The translations under genes and the position numbers were made by a program. Source: an uncultured Solirubrobacterales bacterium (GTDB lineage Bacteria; Actinomycetota; Thermoleophilia; Solirubrobacterales; Solirubrobacteraceae). From it: DNA of 64,000 nt. The notes under the pieces are model-generated. The model was not told the DNA's origin and made no database searches. It was given only the letters and a program-made list of their open reading frames with translations. Of this stretch, positions 34,225 to 45,975 are shown piece by piece; position 1 is the first letter of the stretch, and each line of letters begins with the position of its first letter. The stretch is from assembly GCA_963806475.1 (NCBI GenBank), contig CAWDYK010000013.1:211905-275904 (forward strand). Reading direction: 5' to 3'.

Positions 34225-35332
34225 GGAAGCCGCCAGCAGCCGACTTCTCGCGCTTCCGTCAACACATCCTCCGGTCGCACGACTCGCACACTCTGCCGAC
34301 CGTCGCCGAGTCCGCCGTCGTCGTCGGGCACAACTTCCCCGACCGCAAGAAGCAACGAAGCGACACCGGCGATCGCCGGTGTTGTGAAATTCGTCCCTTC
34401 CCGCAGCGACGTTGGAGTCGCTGCGGGTGGCTGCTTCGCCGCGCGAGTGACAGTTACGTGCGCTTGCAAGTCAGCGCGGACCGGGCTCCCAGCAAGCACA
34501 TCCGCGGCTCCCGCAACCGCGGCAAAGCGGGCGCTCACGTCGGCCGGTCACGCCGCCGGGCCACCGAGGACGCGGCCAGTCGCGCCAGTGGCGAGATGCG
34601 AGACGGACGTCGTCGACGGTGCCAGACCTGCTTTCGTGTTCGCCCGGGCCTACGGCGTTCGCGTGGCTCCCTCTGTCCGATTCCGGCAGTTAGCGCGCTG
34701 GCGGCGTCGATGCTGCTTTCCTGCTTGCAACCTTCCGGCGATCAGCAAGCACCGGCTCATCGAGCTCGGCCGCAACGAACTTCGAGGCTCGTGTGTCCTT
34801 TCCGCGCATAGCTGGTCCGCGCCGGTCAAGCTCGTGATGCTCGTGACGGACAGAGAGCAGGTGTCTCGCGACGAATCCCACGCTTTCCAGCACGAGGAAC
34901 CGCTGCTGCGTCAACGCCTAATCGGTCAGCGGGAGTGGTGGCCGCTTCCTTCTGACATCGGCAGTCTCGTTCCCGCCCCGACAAGGTGCCGACGTCCGCG
35001 ACTACATGTGGCGAGCAGCCGAACTGCGTCGTGGCTAGCACTTCGGGCCGGTCGCGCTGTGGCGTGGAGCAGCGCGACGTGCCGCGACTGCGCCGTCCCT
35101 CTTTTGCCGTCAACGTGGAACGTCTCGGCTCGCGACGTTGCCGCGGGATAGGTTCCACCCGGGGCGTGTTAGTCGATTGAGAGGTTGCCGCTGTCCGTGG
35201 GAGCGTCGAGCGTCGCCCGTTGACCGAGCGCAGCACTCGTCTTCTGGTCCGGCTTGCGGCAGGTGGCGAGCTTTGCCGGGGTGTTGCAGGCAGCGGGTTT
35301 CGGCGCTTGCGGGCGGCGATCCGATGAAGTGC

Positions 35333-36108
35333 TTATCGCGCCGGTGGTTTGCGTGCGCGGATGATGGCGGCGGCGGCGTGCTCGTGGACGCGGTGGGTCT
35401 CGCGGATCTCGATCTCATCGAATCCGCCGCTTTGCAGAGCGCCGCCGGAACTCGGTCTCGGTGAGCGCGCCGGCGACGCAGCCGGTCCAGGCGGCCATGT
35501 CCGCTCGCGTGTCTGCTGCGTCCATGTCGGGGTCGGCGATCACGTCGGAGACCGCGAACCGTCCGCCGGGTCGCAGGACGCGGGCGGCCTCGCGGATCAC
35601 TTGCGGCTTGTCGCCGGAGAGGTTGATCACGCAGTTGGAGATGACGACGTCCACGGTCGCGTCCTTGAGCGGCATGTCCTCGAGGTAGCCCTTGAGGAAC
35701 TCGACGTTCTCGACGCCGGCCTCGGCGGCGTTGGCGCGGGCGAGTTCGAGCATCTCGTCGGTCATGTCGAGGCCGATCGCCTTCCCGGTTGGTCCGACCC
35801 TGCGCGCTGAGATCAGCACGTCGGCGCCGGCGCCCGAGCCGAGGTCCAGGACGGTCTCGCCCTCCCGCAGTTCTGCGACGGCGGTCGGGACGCCGCAGCC
35901 CAGTGACGCGTTGACTGCGCTGCATGGGGAGTTCCTCGGCTGTATCGGCGTCGTACAGGGTTGCTCCGAATACGCCTTCGGCGTCGGCCGGGCTGCAGCT
36001 CAGGACCTCGGAGCCGCAACAGCCCGATCCGGTCGATTCGCTCGCGGCCTTGGCGGCCGCGGCGTACTTCTCGCGGACGGTCTCGCGGATGTCGGTCAGC
36101 TCAGCCAT
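35333..36108 (-). CDS. arsM: Arsenite S-adenosylmethionine methyltransferase (frameshifted)
   Basis: [42 protein letters not shown]. Confidence 0.88.
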
Positions 36109-36449
36109 GCGGACAGCTCCTTCAGCGCGTCGGGGATCACGTAGTAATAGGCCCACAGCCCCTCGCGCTCGGAGCCGACGATTCCGGCCTGGCGCAGCAC
36201 CTTGAGGTGATGGGACACGGTGGGCTGGGAGAGGTCGAACAGCGGCACCAGCTCGCACACGCACACCTTGCCGGCGTGCTTGCGCAGCACGTCGACCAGC
36301 TGCAGGCGGACGGGGTCGCCGAGCGCCTTGGCGATCGCGGCCATCCGGGCAGCGTGGTCGCGCTCGACGTCGGGATAGACGACCGGCTCGCAGCAGCGCT
36401 CGCCGGCGGGGCGCTTGGTCTTGGGGGTCAGTTCCAGATCGACAGCCAT
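36096..36449 (-). CDS. arsR: ArsR/SmtB regulator #1
   Basis: [30 protein letters not shown]. Confidence 0.92.
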   Translation of the reverse strand: MAVDLELTPKTKRPAGERCCEPVVYPDVERDHAARMAAIAKALGDPVRLQLVDVLRKHAGKVCVCELVPLFDLSQPTVSHHLKVLRQAGIVGSEREGLWAYYYVIPDALKELSAWLS

Positions 36450-36500
36450 CTATGTACTGTATATCGATTGAACTCATGATTGTCAATAGATAGACTGGCG
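36450..36500. promoter_or_regulatory. Divergent promoter with putative ArsR operator
   Basis: AT-rich, imperfect inverted repeat ATCGATTGA..TCAATAGAT between the divergent ars genes. Confidence 0.55.
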
Positions 36501-36523
36501 GCGCGTTGCTCGGGAGGTCAGTC

Positions 36524-37202
36524 ATGCATGTTCAGATGAGCCCGTTGATGCGTCAATGCCTGGACGCGACGACGCGGGAGCTCTCGGAGGAGTTCCGCGG
36601 CGTGTTCTCGCGCGAGACGGTCGCCCGTTGCGTCGTGGAGTCCTTTGAGCGGATCGGCGATCGGCCGACGGTCGGCCCGAATTTCCTGCCGGTGATCATC
36701 GAGCGGTTCGCCCGCGAGCGGCTGTGGGCGGTCGCGCAGGCGGACGGGCGGGTCGAGAAGCCGCTGCGGGAGGTGCTGTTCGTGTGCGAGCGCAACGCCG
36801 GGCGAAGCCAGATGGCCGCCGCGTTCGCGCACCCTCTCTCAAACGGCTGGGTCGCCGTTCGCTCGGCTGGCTCGCACCCGGATGAGCAGATCGATCCGGT
36901 CGTCGTGCAGGCGATGAGGCGAGCTCGGCGTCGATGTGGCGTGCGAGTTCCCGAAGCCGCTGACGGACGAGGTCGTGCGCGCCGCCGATGTCGTCGTCAC
37001 CTTAGGGTGCGGGGACGCGTGCGCGGTGTATCCGGGCAAGCGATATCAGGACTGGCCGGTCGCCGATCCCGCCGGCGAGCCGATCGAGGTCGTGCGGCGG
37101 ATTCGCTACGAGCTCTATCACCGCGTGTGGGAGCTGCTCGAGACGCTCGTTCCCGCCGGGAATCTGATCGACATCCACCGACCCATAGGGGGCCAGCGTT
37201 GA
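36524..37202 (+). CDS. arsC: LMW-PTP-type arsenate reductase with N-terminal helical domain (frameshift)
   Basis: [29 protein letters not shown]. Confidence 0.85.
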
Positions 37203-37925
37203 ATCGCGTCGCGGTCATCACCGACATCCACGGCAACCTGCCGGCGCTCGAGGCGAGTCTGCAGGCGATCGGCGCGATCGGGGTCGACGCCGTGTATTGC
37301 GGCGGGGATCTCGTTGGCTACGGCCCGCATCCCGAACGAGGTGTGCCGGCTGATCGAGGAGCGCGGGATCCCGACGATCTACGGCAACTACGACTACGCG
37401 ATCGGCCGCGAGCTCGACGACTGCGGCTGCGCGTACGTCACCCCGCATGACCGCGAGCTCGGCCAGCAGTCGGTGGCGCTGGACGCTCGCGCACACCGAC
37501 CAGCGCTCGAAGGACTTCATGCGCGCGCTGCCGTTCGATCTGCGTTTCGAGCTGGGCGGTCACAAGGTCCACCTGGTGCACGGCTCGCCGCGGAAGGTCA
37601 ACGAGTACCTGTTCGAGGACAAGCCCGCGAGTCTGTATGAGCGGCTCGCGGCCGCCGAGACCGACGACGTGCTCGTGTTCGGGCACACCCACAAGCCGTG
37701 GATCCACGAGTACGGCGGGCGTGCTGTTCGTCAACTGCGGGTCGGTCGGCAAGCCCAAGGACGGGGATCCGCGCGGCGCGTTCGCGATCCTCGAGCTCGA
37801 CGAGACAGGTCGAGGTGCGGGCGTCGATCGAGCGCGTTCCCTACGACGCGGAGGCGGTCGCGCGCGAGGTCGCCGCTGCGGGCCTGCCCGAGGAGTACGC
37901 GACGAAGCTGGTCGCAGCCGCGTAA
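37199..37925 (+). CDS. Metallophosphoesterase (frameshifted)
   Basis: [34 protein letters not shown]. Confidence 0.88.
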
Positions 37926-37952
37926 CACGAGAGAGACGAGAGGGGAGAGAAG

Positions 37953-38561
37953 ATGAAGTACGTGCTGTTCGTGTGCACTCACAACGCGGGGCGCTCGCAG
38001 ATGGCCCAGGCATTGTTCGAGCGATCGTGCCCGAGCGACTGCCGGGCAGAGTCCGCGGGGTCTGATCCGGCTCGGCAGGTCTGGCCCGAGGTGGTCGAGG
38101 TGATGCGCGAGGTCGGGGTCGATCTCTCGCCGAACAAGCCCAAGCGGCTGACGGTCGAGATGCAGCTGCACGCCGACTGGGCGGTGACGATGGGCTGCGG
38201 CGACGTTTGCCCATACGTCCCGACGCGTGTCGATGATTGGGACATCCCTGACCCGGCCGGTGCGTTCGATCGACGAGGTCGGGAGATCCGCGACATGATC
38301 GACGAGCGCGTAAAGGACCTGGTCGATCACAAGATCCACGAGATCCGCCTCGACGCGACCTCGCATCGCTGGCGGCTCGCGAAGCTGCTGCCGGCGCTGA
38401 TCGAGGAGTTCGGCGACACGCGCTCGGCGGAGGTGATCCGCGGTTGCGCCGACCGGATCCTCGACGACTACGACGACGTTCCGGTCCGCAGCCACATCCT
38501 CACGCTCGCGCACAAGCGCACCCGTGAGTGCCTGCGCCACGAGCACTGCGAGATGCTCTAA
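37953..38561 (+). CDS. arsC: LMW-PTP-type arsenate reductase with C-terminal helical domain
   Basis: [29 protein letters not shown]. Confidence 0.85.
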   Translation: MKYVLFVCTHNAGRSQMAQALFERSCPSDCRAESAGSDPARQVWPEVVEVMREVGVDLSPNKPKRLTVEMQLHADWAVTMGCGDVCPYVPTRVDDWDIPDPAGAFDRRGREIRDMIDERVKDLVDHKIHEIRLDATSHRWRLAKLLPALIEEFGDTRSAEVIRGCADRILDDYDDVPVRSHILTLAHKRTRECLRHEHCEML

Positions 38562-38564
38562 CTG

Positions 38565-39323
38565 ATGAACCGGGCTATGGGACGGCGGCTGTTTGCGGAG
38601 TTCCTGGGTTCGGCGTTTCTCGCGGCGCTCGTGATCGGGTCGGGGATCGCCGCGCAGAACCTCTCCGCCGGCGATGTCGGCCTGCAGCTGTTTGAGAACT
38701 CCGCGGCGACCGCAGCGGGGCTGTTCGCGATCATCCTGATGTTCGGCCCGGTCTCGGGCGGGCATTTCAATCCGGTCGTCTCGCTCGTCGACGCCAGCTT
38801 CGGCGGGCCTGCGCTGGCGCGATGCGCTCGCGTACGTGCCTGCCCAGGTCGGCGGCTGCATCCTCGGCGCGATCACCGCCAATGCGATGTTCGCGCTGGC
38901 GGCGATCAGCATCTCGACCAAGCACCGTGCCACTCCCGCGCACCTGTTCGCCGAGGTGATCGCGACGCTCGGGCTGTTGCTGGTGATCTTCTCGCTGGCG
39001 CGGACGAGGCGCGGGAACATGGCGCCGGCGGCGGTCGGCGCGTACATCGGCGCGGCCTACTGGTTCACGAGCTCGACGAGCTTCGCGAATCCCGCGATCA
39101 GCGTCGGGCGGATGTTCTCTGACACGTTCGCCGGCATCGCCCCGGCCTCGGTCCCGGGATTCGTGGTCGCGCAGCTGGTCGGCGGCGCGGTCGCGATCGC
39201 CGTGCTCCGGGTGCTCTATCCCGACGTCACACCGGACGAGGCGGCGGAGGTCGTGCTGCCCCACGGATCGAAGCTCGCGCGCCGACGGCGCGGGCGGCTG
39301 TCCCGGCCAGCGCGGAGGCGTAG
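38565..39323 (+). CDS. MIP/aquaporin family channel (frameshifted; 3' end uncertain)
   Basis: AEFLGS, SGGHFNPVV, SSTSFANPA. Confidence 0.88.
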
Positions 39324-39334
39324 GCCGCGTGGTG

Positions 39335-40760
39335 ATGCGCCTGGTCGCGATCGGCGGGAGCGACGCAGGCATCAGCGCCGCGCTCGCGCGCGCGGGAGCT
39401 CGACCCGAGCGCGGAGGTGACGGTCGTGCTCGCCGACGCCTACCCCAACTTCTCGATCTGCGGCATCCCCTACTACGTCTCGGGCGAAGTCGGGCACTGG
39501 CGAAACCTCGCGCACCGAACCGTCGCGGACCTCGAGGCGACCGGCATGACGCTGAGGCTCGACACGCGCGCGCAGCGCATCGACCCGAGCGCCCACCAGC
39601 GTGCTGGTCGCCGACAACAGACGGTCGTTGAGGAATGGATCGACTACGACGCGCTGATCGTGGGAACCGGGCGCGGTGCCGGTCCGCCCGCCGATCGCGG
39701 GCTCGATCGCCTCGGCGCCGGCGACGGCGTGCATCTGCTGCACTCGATGGGCGACACCTTCGCGCTGATGCGCAGCCTCGAGCAGCGCCACGTCGAGCGT
39801 GCGGTAATCGTCGGCGCCGGCTACATCGGACTCGAGATGGCCGAAGCGCTGATCATGCGCGGGCTGTCGGTCACGCAGCTCGAGCAGCTGCCCGAGGTGC
39901 TGCCGACCGTCGACCCCGAGCTCGGCGCGCTCGTCCGCGCAGAGCTCGAACGCCACGACGTCAGCGTCTCATGCAACACGCGCGTCGAGGAGATCGCCAC
40001 GGCGCCGGACGGCTCGCGCGCCCGGCTCGAGGTTCGCGCACGCGGCCCCGAGGGCGCGCCGCTCCGCTTCCCGGCAGACGTCGTGCTCGTCGTCGTCGGC
40101 GTGCGACCCGGACACGCAGCTCGCCGCCGTCTGCCGGAGCGGAGCTCGGCGTCAAGGGGGCGATCGTGGTCGACCGGCAGATGCGCACCAACCTGCCCGA
40201 CGTGTTCGCGGCGGGCGACTGTGTCATCACCCACCACCGGCTGCTCGGCGCCGGCTACCTGCCGCTCGGAACGACCGCGCACAAGCAAGGCCGGATCGCC
40301 GGCGAGAACGCGCTCGGCGGCCGGCCGCGAGTTCGCCGGCAGCCTCGGCACACAGGTCGTCAAGGTGTTCGACCTCGTCGCCGCGCGCACCGGCCTTCGC
40401 GACCACGAAGCCACCACCGCCGGGTTCGACCCCGTCACGGTCGGCTCGACGGCTGACGATCACAAGGCCTACTACCCGGGCAGCCACCCGATCACGATGC
40501 GCTACACCGGCGACCGGCGCACCGGCCGGCTGCTCGGCGTCCAGCTCGTCGGCCACCGCAACGCGGAGATCGCCAAGCGCATCGACATCCCCGCGACCGC
40601 CATCTTCAACGAGCTCACGGTCGAGCCAGCTCTCGGAGCTCGATCTCTCCTACACCCCGCCGCTCGGCTCGCCGTGGGACGCCATCCAGATCGGCGCCCA
40701 GGAGTGGAGCCGGCATGCGCTTCGAAGCAGTCACGGTCCGGGCTTCCACGCGCTCCTTGA
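39335..40760 (+). CDS. CoA-disulfide reductase-like FAD oxidoreductase (frameshifted)
   Basis: IGGSDAG, SICGIPY, GAGYIGLE, AAGDC, LSYTPP. Confidence 0.85.
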
Positions 40761-41071
40761 GCTCTGAGTCGCGTTGCTCGCGTGACCCGGACCGCACGCG
40801 AGCTTCCGCCCGCCGATGCCCGGTCCCGGGATGAATTTGGGGTTTGCGGAGAAACCCGGATTGGGGCCGCGCGGGGCTACGGTTGACGGACGGCCGTGGA
40901 TAGCCGATCCTTCGATTAGTTTCGATTCAATCGACAAATCGCAATATAAGCATCGGCCTCGGCAGGTGCACCTGTTGACGTGAGGTGACTTCCAGCCGCG
41001 TCGGCGCGGTTGCGATCAGCTTTACCGGGTCTTGTTTGACCTCTTCCGATGAGTAGGAGGGACGCTGTCCC

Positions 41072-41314
41072 ATGACCATTCAAGTTCTCGGTCCCGGCTG
41101 CAGGCGCTGTCATGCGCTTCATCAGACCACCCTGGCTGCGGTTGAGCAGCTCGGCTGGGACACGCCGGTTGAGAAGTGCCACGACTATCTCGAGATGGCG
41201 CGCCTGGGGGTGATGAGCACGCCGGCGCTGGCGCTCGATGGGCGGGTGGTGATGTCGGGGAGCGTGCCGTCGGTCGATCAGGTTCGCGAGCTGCTCGCGG
41301 CGGAAGTCCGATGA
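41072..41314 (+). CDS. Small thioredoxin-family redox-active disulfide protein
   Basis: IQVLGPGCRRC, GVMSTPAL. Confidence 0.88.
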   Translation: MTIQVLGPGCRRCHALHQTTLAAVEQLGWDTPVEKCHDYLEMARLGVMSTPALALDGRVVMSGSVPSVDQVRELLAAEVR

Positions 41315-41695
41315 GTGCGATGGACACGATCCTCGTCCCGAAGCGCAAGCGCGCCGCCGGGGCGCCTCCGGTTGTGAGTCCGGCGCGCCCGTCGGTCGAT
41401 GTCGAGCGTGCGACGCGGCTGGCCGCTTACGCGAAGGCGCTGGCGGATCCGATCCGCGTGCAGCTGGTCGACGTGCTCGCCGAGCACCCGGGCGAGTTGT
41501 GCGCGTGTGAGCTGCTGCCGTTGTTCGATGTCGCGCAGTCGACGCTCTCGCATCACCTCAAGACGCTCGCTGACGCCGGCATCCTCGAGACCAGGCGCCA
41601 GGGGCTGTTCGCGTATTACCTCGTCCGCCCGCAAGCGCTCGTCGACCTCTCGAGTTGGCTGGAGGGCGCGGCGTCCGCGGAGGCTCAGCTCGTGA
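41311..41695 (+). CDS. ArsR/SmtB regulator #2 (reads in frame into the next gene as assembled)
   Basis: KALADPIRV, ELCACEL, QSTLSHHLK. Confidence 0.85.
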
Positions 41696-42780
41696 GCACG
41701 ACCACCACCGATGGCACCTACGCACGGCTCGCTGAGCTGCCGGTGGTGATCGACGGCTACGCGCTGGAGGTCCTCTCTCGCCGGGTGTCGAGCGGGTTTC
41801 GCCGGTTCACGACGGTGTTCTGCGCTGGCCGGCGCTGGACACGACGGCGTCGGCGAGGATGTGACCTACGAGGCGGCCGAGCATCGTCAGGCTCACCGTG
41901 CAGGGTCCGGTGCTGCCGCTCGCGGGCGCCTGGACGATCGAGAGCTTCTCCCGGCACCTCGATCAGCTCGACACATTCCCAGGCGGTCGGCCGGCGCAGG
42001 AGGTCTCGCGGACGTATCGTCGCTGGGCGCTTGAGAGCGCGGCGCTGGATCTGGCGCTGCGCCAGGCCGGCCTGCCGCTGCACGCGGTGCTCGGACGCAT
42101 ACCGCGCGCCGGTGCGGTTCGTCGTCTCGCTGAACCTCGGACCGGCGCCGAGCTGCGCGTCGCTGTTGAGCCGGCGGGCGGCCTGCTCGCAGGTGCGCTT
42201 CAAGCTCGATGCGACCTCCGAGTGGGGGGATGAGCTGCTGCGAGTGCCTGGCCGCGAGCGGGTGTGTGGAGGCGATCGACTTCAAGGGCGTCTATCAGGG
42301 CGCGCTGTCGGCGGTCCGCACCGACCCGGAGCTGTATCGCCGCGTCGTGCGGGCGTTGCCTGAGGTGTGGCTGGAGGATCCCGACCTCTCGCACCCCGTT
42401 GCGCGGATGGCGCTGGATGGCCATCGCGAGCGGGTGACGTGGGATGCGCCGATCCACAGCGCCGCGGACATCGCCGCGCAGCCGTGGGCGCCGCGGACGG
42501 TGAACATCAAGCCGTCGCGGTTCGGGACGCTGCGGGCGCTGTTTGACACCTATGACTATTGCGCCGCGCACGGGATCGGCGCGTATGGCGGCGGCCAGTA
42601 CGAGCTCGGGCCCGGGCGCGGGCAGGCGCAGTACCTCGCGGCGCTGTTTCACCCCGACGCGCCCAACGATCTCGCCCCCGCAGGGTTCGACGATCCGGCC
42701 CCGCCACCCGACGTGCCGTGCCCGCCGATGCAGCTCACGACCGCGCCGATCGGCTTCGCCGCGCAACCGGAGCCGCGTAA
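41692..42780 (+). CDS. Enolase-superfamily-like hypothetical protein (frameshifted)
   Basis: GVGEDVTY, RWALESAALDLAL, FKLD, WLEDP, WDAP, NIKPSRFG. Confidence 0.6.
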
Positions 42781-42856
42781 TAGCACGGTCTTGACCAGCC
42801 GCGCGAGCCGCCGCGGCCGCGTTTCCGTCTTCAGCTCACAACCCGAAGGACTGACC

Positions 42857-43240
42857 ATGAAAATCGAAGTGTTTGACCCCCCGATGTGCTGCTCGACCGG
42901 CGTGTGCGGCCCGAGCGTGCCGCCGGCGCTGAGCCGGTTCGCCGGCGACCTGGAGTGGCTCGCCGCCAAGGGCGTCGAGGTGACCCGCCACAACCTCGCC
43001 CACGAGCCGCAAGCGTTCATTGCCAGCGAGCAGGCACGCCAGGCACTGACCGAGCAGGGCAACGAGGCGCTGCCGCTGATCCTCGTCGACGGTGAGCCGG
43101 TCTCGAGCGGGCGCTACCCGTACCGCTCAGAGCTGGCCGGATGGACCGGCCTGCCGATCCCCAAGACCCGGGTGCGACTGACGATGGCGCCGCCGGTGTC
43201 CGGCTTTGGAGGCTGCTGCGGCGGCGCAGGGGGCTGCTGA
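42857..43240 (+). CDS. arsD: Arsenic metallochaperone ArsD
   Basis: FDPPMCCSTGVCG, LPLILVDG, C-terminal CC..C. Confidence 0.95.
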   Translation: MKIEVFDPPMCCSTGVCGPSVPPALSRFAGDLEWLAAKGVEVTRHNLAHEPQAFIASEQARQALTEQGNEALPLILVDGEPVSSGRYPYRSELAGWTGLPIPKTRVRLTMAPPVSGFGGCCGGAGGC

Positions 43241-45001
43241 TGAGCGACCTATCGACACTGCTTGAGGACCCCACCCGCGTTCTGTTCTTCACCGGCAAGG
43301 GCGGGATGGGCAAGACCACGCTCGCGTGCTCGACGGCGGTTGCGCTGGTCGGCGCCGGGCGGCGGGTGCTGCTCGTCTCCACCGATCCGGCTTCGAATCT
43401 CGACGAGGTGCTCGGCACGGAGCTCGCCGAGCAGCCCCGTCCGGTGGCGGGGATCGTCGGGCTTGACGCGGCGAACATCGATCCCGAGGCGGCGGCGCGC
43501 GACTATCGCGAGCGGATGGTCGGCCCGTACCGCGGGCTGCTCCCGGACAGCGCCCTGTCCAGCATGGAGGAAACGCTGTCCGGCGCGTGCACGGTGGAGA
43601 TCGCCGCGTTTGACGCGTTCGTGGGGCTGCTCGGCGATCCTGCGGGCACGGCGGGCTATGACCATGTGATCTTCGACACCGCGCCGACCGGGCATACGTT
43701 GCGGCTGCTGTCGCTGCCCGCGGCATGGACGGGGTTTATCGATACCAACACGACCGGGGTGTCGTGCCTGGGTCCGCTGGCCGGGTTGCAGGAGCAGCGC
43801 GAGCTGTACGCCGCGAGCGTGCGCGCGCTCGGGGACCCGGAGATGACGACGCTGGTGCTGGTCAGCCGCCCCGAGCAGACGGCGCTGGCGGAGGCCGAGC
43901 GCACGCGCGGCGAGCTCGCCGGCGCGGGGATGCGCCGCCAGGTGCTCGCGCTCAACGGCGTCTTTGAGGCCAACGGCAGCACCGATCGCACCGCCCGAGC
44001 GCTGAGCGAGCGCCACCGTGAGGCGCTGGCGGCGATCCCGGCCGGGCTCGCAAGCCTCCCCCGGGTGAAGGTCCCGCTGCTCGACTTCGCGCCGATCGGC
44101 GTCGACGCGCTCGCACGTGTGCTTCACCGCAACGGCTTTGTCCGCCCGCACGAGCAGCCTCCCGACGCCGAGCTGCCCGGTGAGCCACTCTCGCAGCTGA
44201 TCGATGAGCTCGAGTCCGGCGGCCGTGGGGTGATCATGACGATGGGCAAGGGTGGCGTCGGTAAGACGACGCTGGCCGCTGCGATCGCCTCAGAGCTCGC
44301 GCGTCGCGGGCATCACGTCCACTTGTCCACGACCGATCCCGCCGCGCACGTCCACGACGCCGTCGGCGAGGGGATCGCGGGGCTGTCGGTGTCGCGGATC
44401 GATCCTGCCGAGCAGACCCGCGTCTACTCCGAGCAGGTAATGGCGGCCGCCGGCGCCGATCTCGACGAGCAGGGCCGCGCGCTCTTGGAGGAAGACCTGC
44501 GCTCGCCGTGCACCGAGGAGATCGCCGTGTTCCGCGCGTTCGCCGACATCGTCGCCGACGGGCGAAGACGGCTTCGTGGTACTCGACACGGCCCCCACCG
44601 GCCACAGCCTGTTGCTGCTCGACGCGACCCAGTCCTACCATCGCGACATCGCCCGCGGCCTCTCGGAGGTGCCCGACGCGGTCGCGCACTTGCTGCCGCG
44701 CCTCCGGGATCCCGACTACACGCGGGTGCTGATCGTGACGCTTCCGGAGGCAACCCCGGTCCACGAGGCAGCGCGGCTCAGCGAGGACCTCGAACGCGCC
44801 GGAATCTCCCCATACGCGTGGATCGTCAACCAGAGCCTCGCCGCCGCCGGCGCGACGCACCCCACGCTCGCCGCCCGCGCGCGTGACGAGCACCCCTACC
44901 TCGCCGAGGCCGCGGGGCTCGCCGAGCGACTGGCGCTCGTCGCGTGGCAGCCGTACACGCCCGCCGGCGATCAGGGACTACGAGCGCTGGTCGCCGCATG
45001 A
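43240..45001 (+). CDS. arsA: Arsenical pump ATPase ArsA #1 (frameshift near 44560)
   Basis: Two Walker A motifs, STDPASNL, SGACTVE, DTAPTGH twice, SCLGP, SPCTEE. Confidence 0.93.
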
Positions 45002-45261
45002 GAGAGCTCACGCTCCTTGCCGTGCCGGATTGCCCGCTGAGCGATCACGCCCGCCAGGTGCTCGACACGCTCGCCGCGGAGAAGCTGCTGGTCTGGCGCG
45101 AGCTCACCACCGGAGCGCCCGGGACCGAGCACCTGGTCGATGGCGCGCCGGAGCTGCTGCCGGCGCTGTTGAACGAGTCCGATCAGATGATCGCGCACGG
45201 ACGGCTCTCCGAGCGCGCCCTGCGCCGGACCCTCGCGCCTGACCAACCGGGGGCGGCCTAG
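44998..45261 (+). CDS. Glutaredoxin-like small protein (CPLS)
   Basis: LLAVPDCPLSDHA..GRLSERALRR; ATG overlaps the arsA stop. Confidence 0.6.
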   Translation: MRELTLLAVPDCPLSDHARQVLDTLAAEKLLVWRELTTGAPGTEHLVDGAPELLPALLNESDQMIAHGRLSERALRRTLAPDQPGAA

Positions 45262-45286
45262 CCGTCTATCCAACACCGTCATTGCT

Positions 45287-45628
45287 ATGGCCTCTCCGCT
45301 CCCCAACATTCCCGCAAGCCCCGTCGCCGCGTGCTGTGCTCCCTCCGCCGGCATCGATCCGACGCTCGATGCCGAGCGGATCGCAGCGGTGGCGAAGGCG
45401 CTCGGCGAGCCATTGCGCGTGCAGATCGTTGACGTGCTGCGCCGCAGCGAGCAGGACATCTGCCAGTGCGCGCTGATCGCCGTGTTCGGCGTGCACCAGT
45501 CGCGTTTCGCCTACCACATGAAGAAGCTGATCGACGCGGGCCTCGTACGCGTCGAGCGTCGGCACAAGTGGGCCTACTACGCCATCCGCACCGACGCCGC
45601 ACAGGAGCTCAGCGCATGGCTGAGCTGA
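45287..45628 (+). CDS. ArsR/SmtB regulator #3
   Basis: ACCAP, KALGEPLRV, ICQC, YHMKKL. Confidence 0.85.
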   Translation: MASPLPNIPASPVAACCAPSAGIDPTLDAERIAAVAKALGEPLRVQIVDVLRRSEQDICQCALIAVFGVHQSRFAYHMKKLIDAGLVRVERRHKWAYYAIRTDAAQELSAWLS

Positions 45629-45975
45629 CCACCGACCGGCGCCAGCCTCGGTCCGCTCCGAGCAGCACGCGCGCGCGCAACCGGCACAGCGATCCCGGGC
45701 GTCCGGCGCCCGTCCCACCCGAGATGACCGAGACCGGTCCGGACGGTTCAGACGATGCTCCACGCGAGCAGGCGCATCGGCGTGCGTTCGCGCCGGCCGC
45801 TCTGAGTGAAGGTCTCAGGCTGCGCTGTGAACAGCGCGCCGAGTCGTGGCGATTACATCGATGACCATCGATACGTAGTTTCCGCGTTGGAAGTTTCGGG
45901 GCTTGCCCCGATGTTCATCGGGCAGCCCGGCGCGACAATACCCCTTGGGGGTATCGCTACGAAGGAAGGTTGACC

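Noticed and set aside
34225-35330. ORFs in the gap between the recombinase and arsM
   Set aside because: No recognisable motifs; probably degenerate or non-coding
42209-43240. Apparent enolase-like/ArsD fusion
   Set aside because: arsD has its own GAAGGA RBS and ATG at 42857; read-through is likely an indel effect
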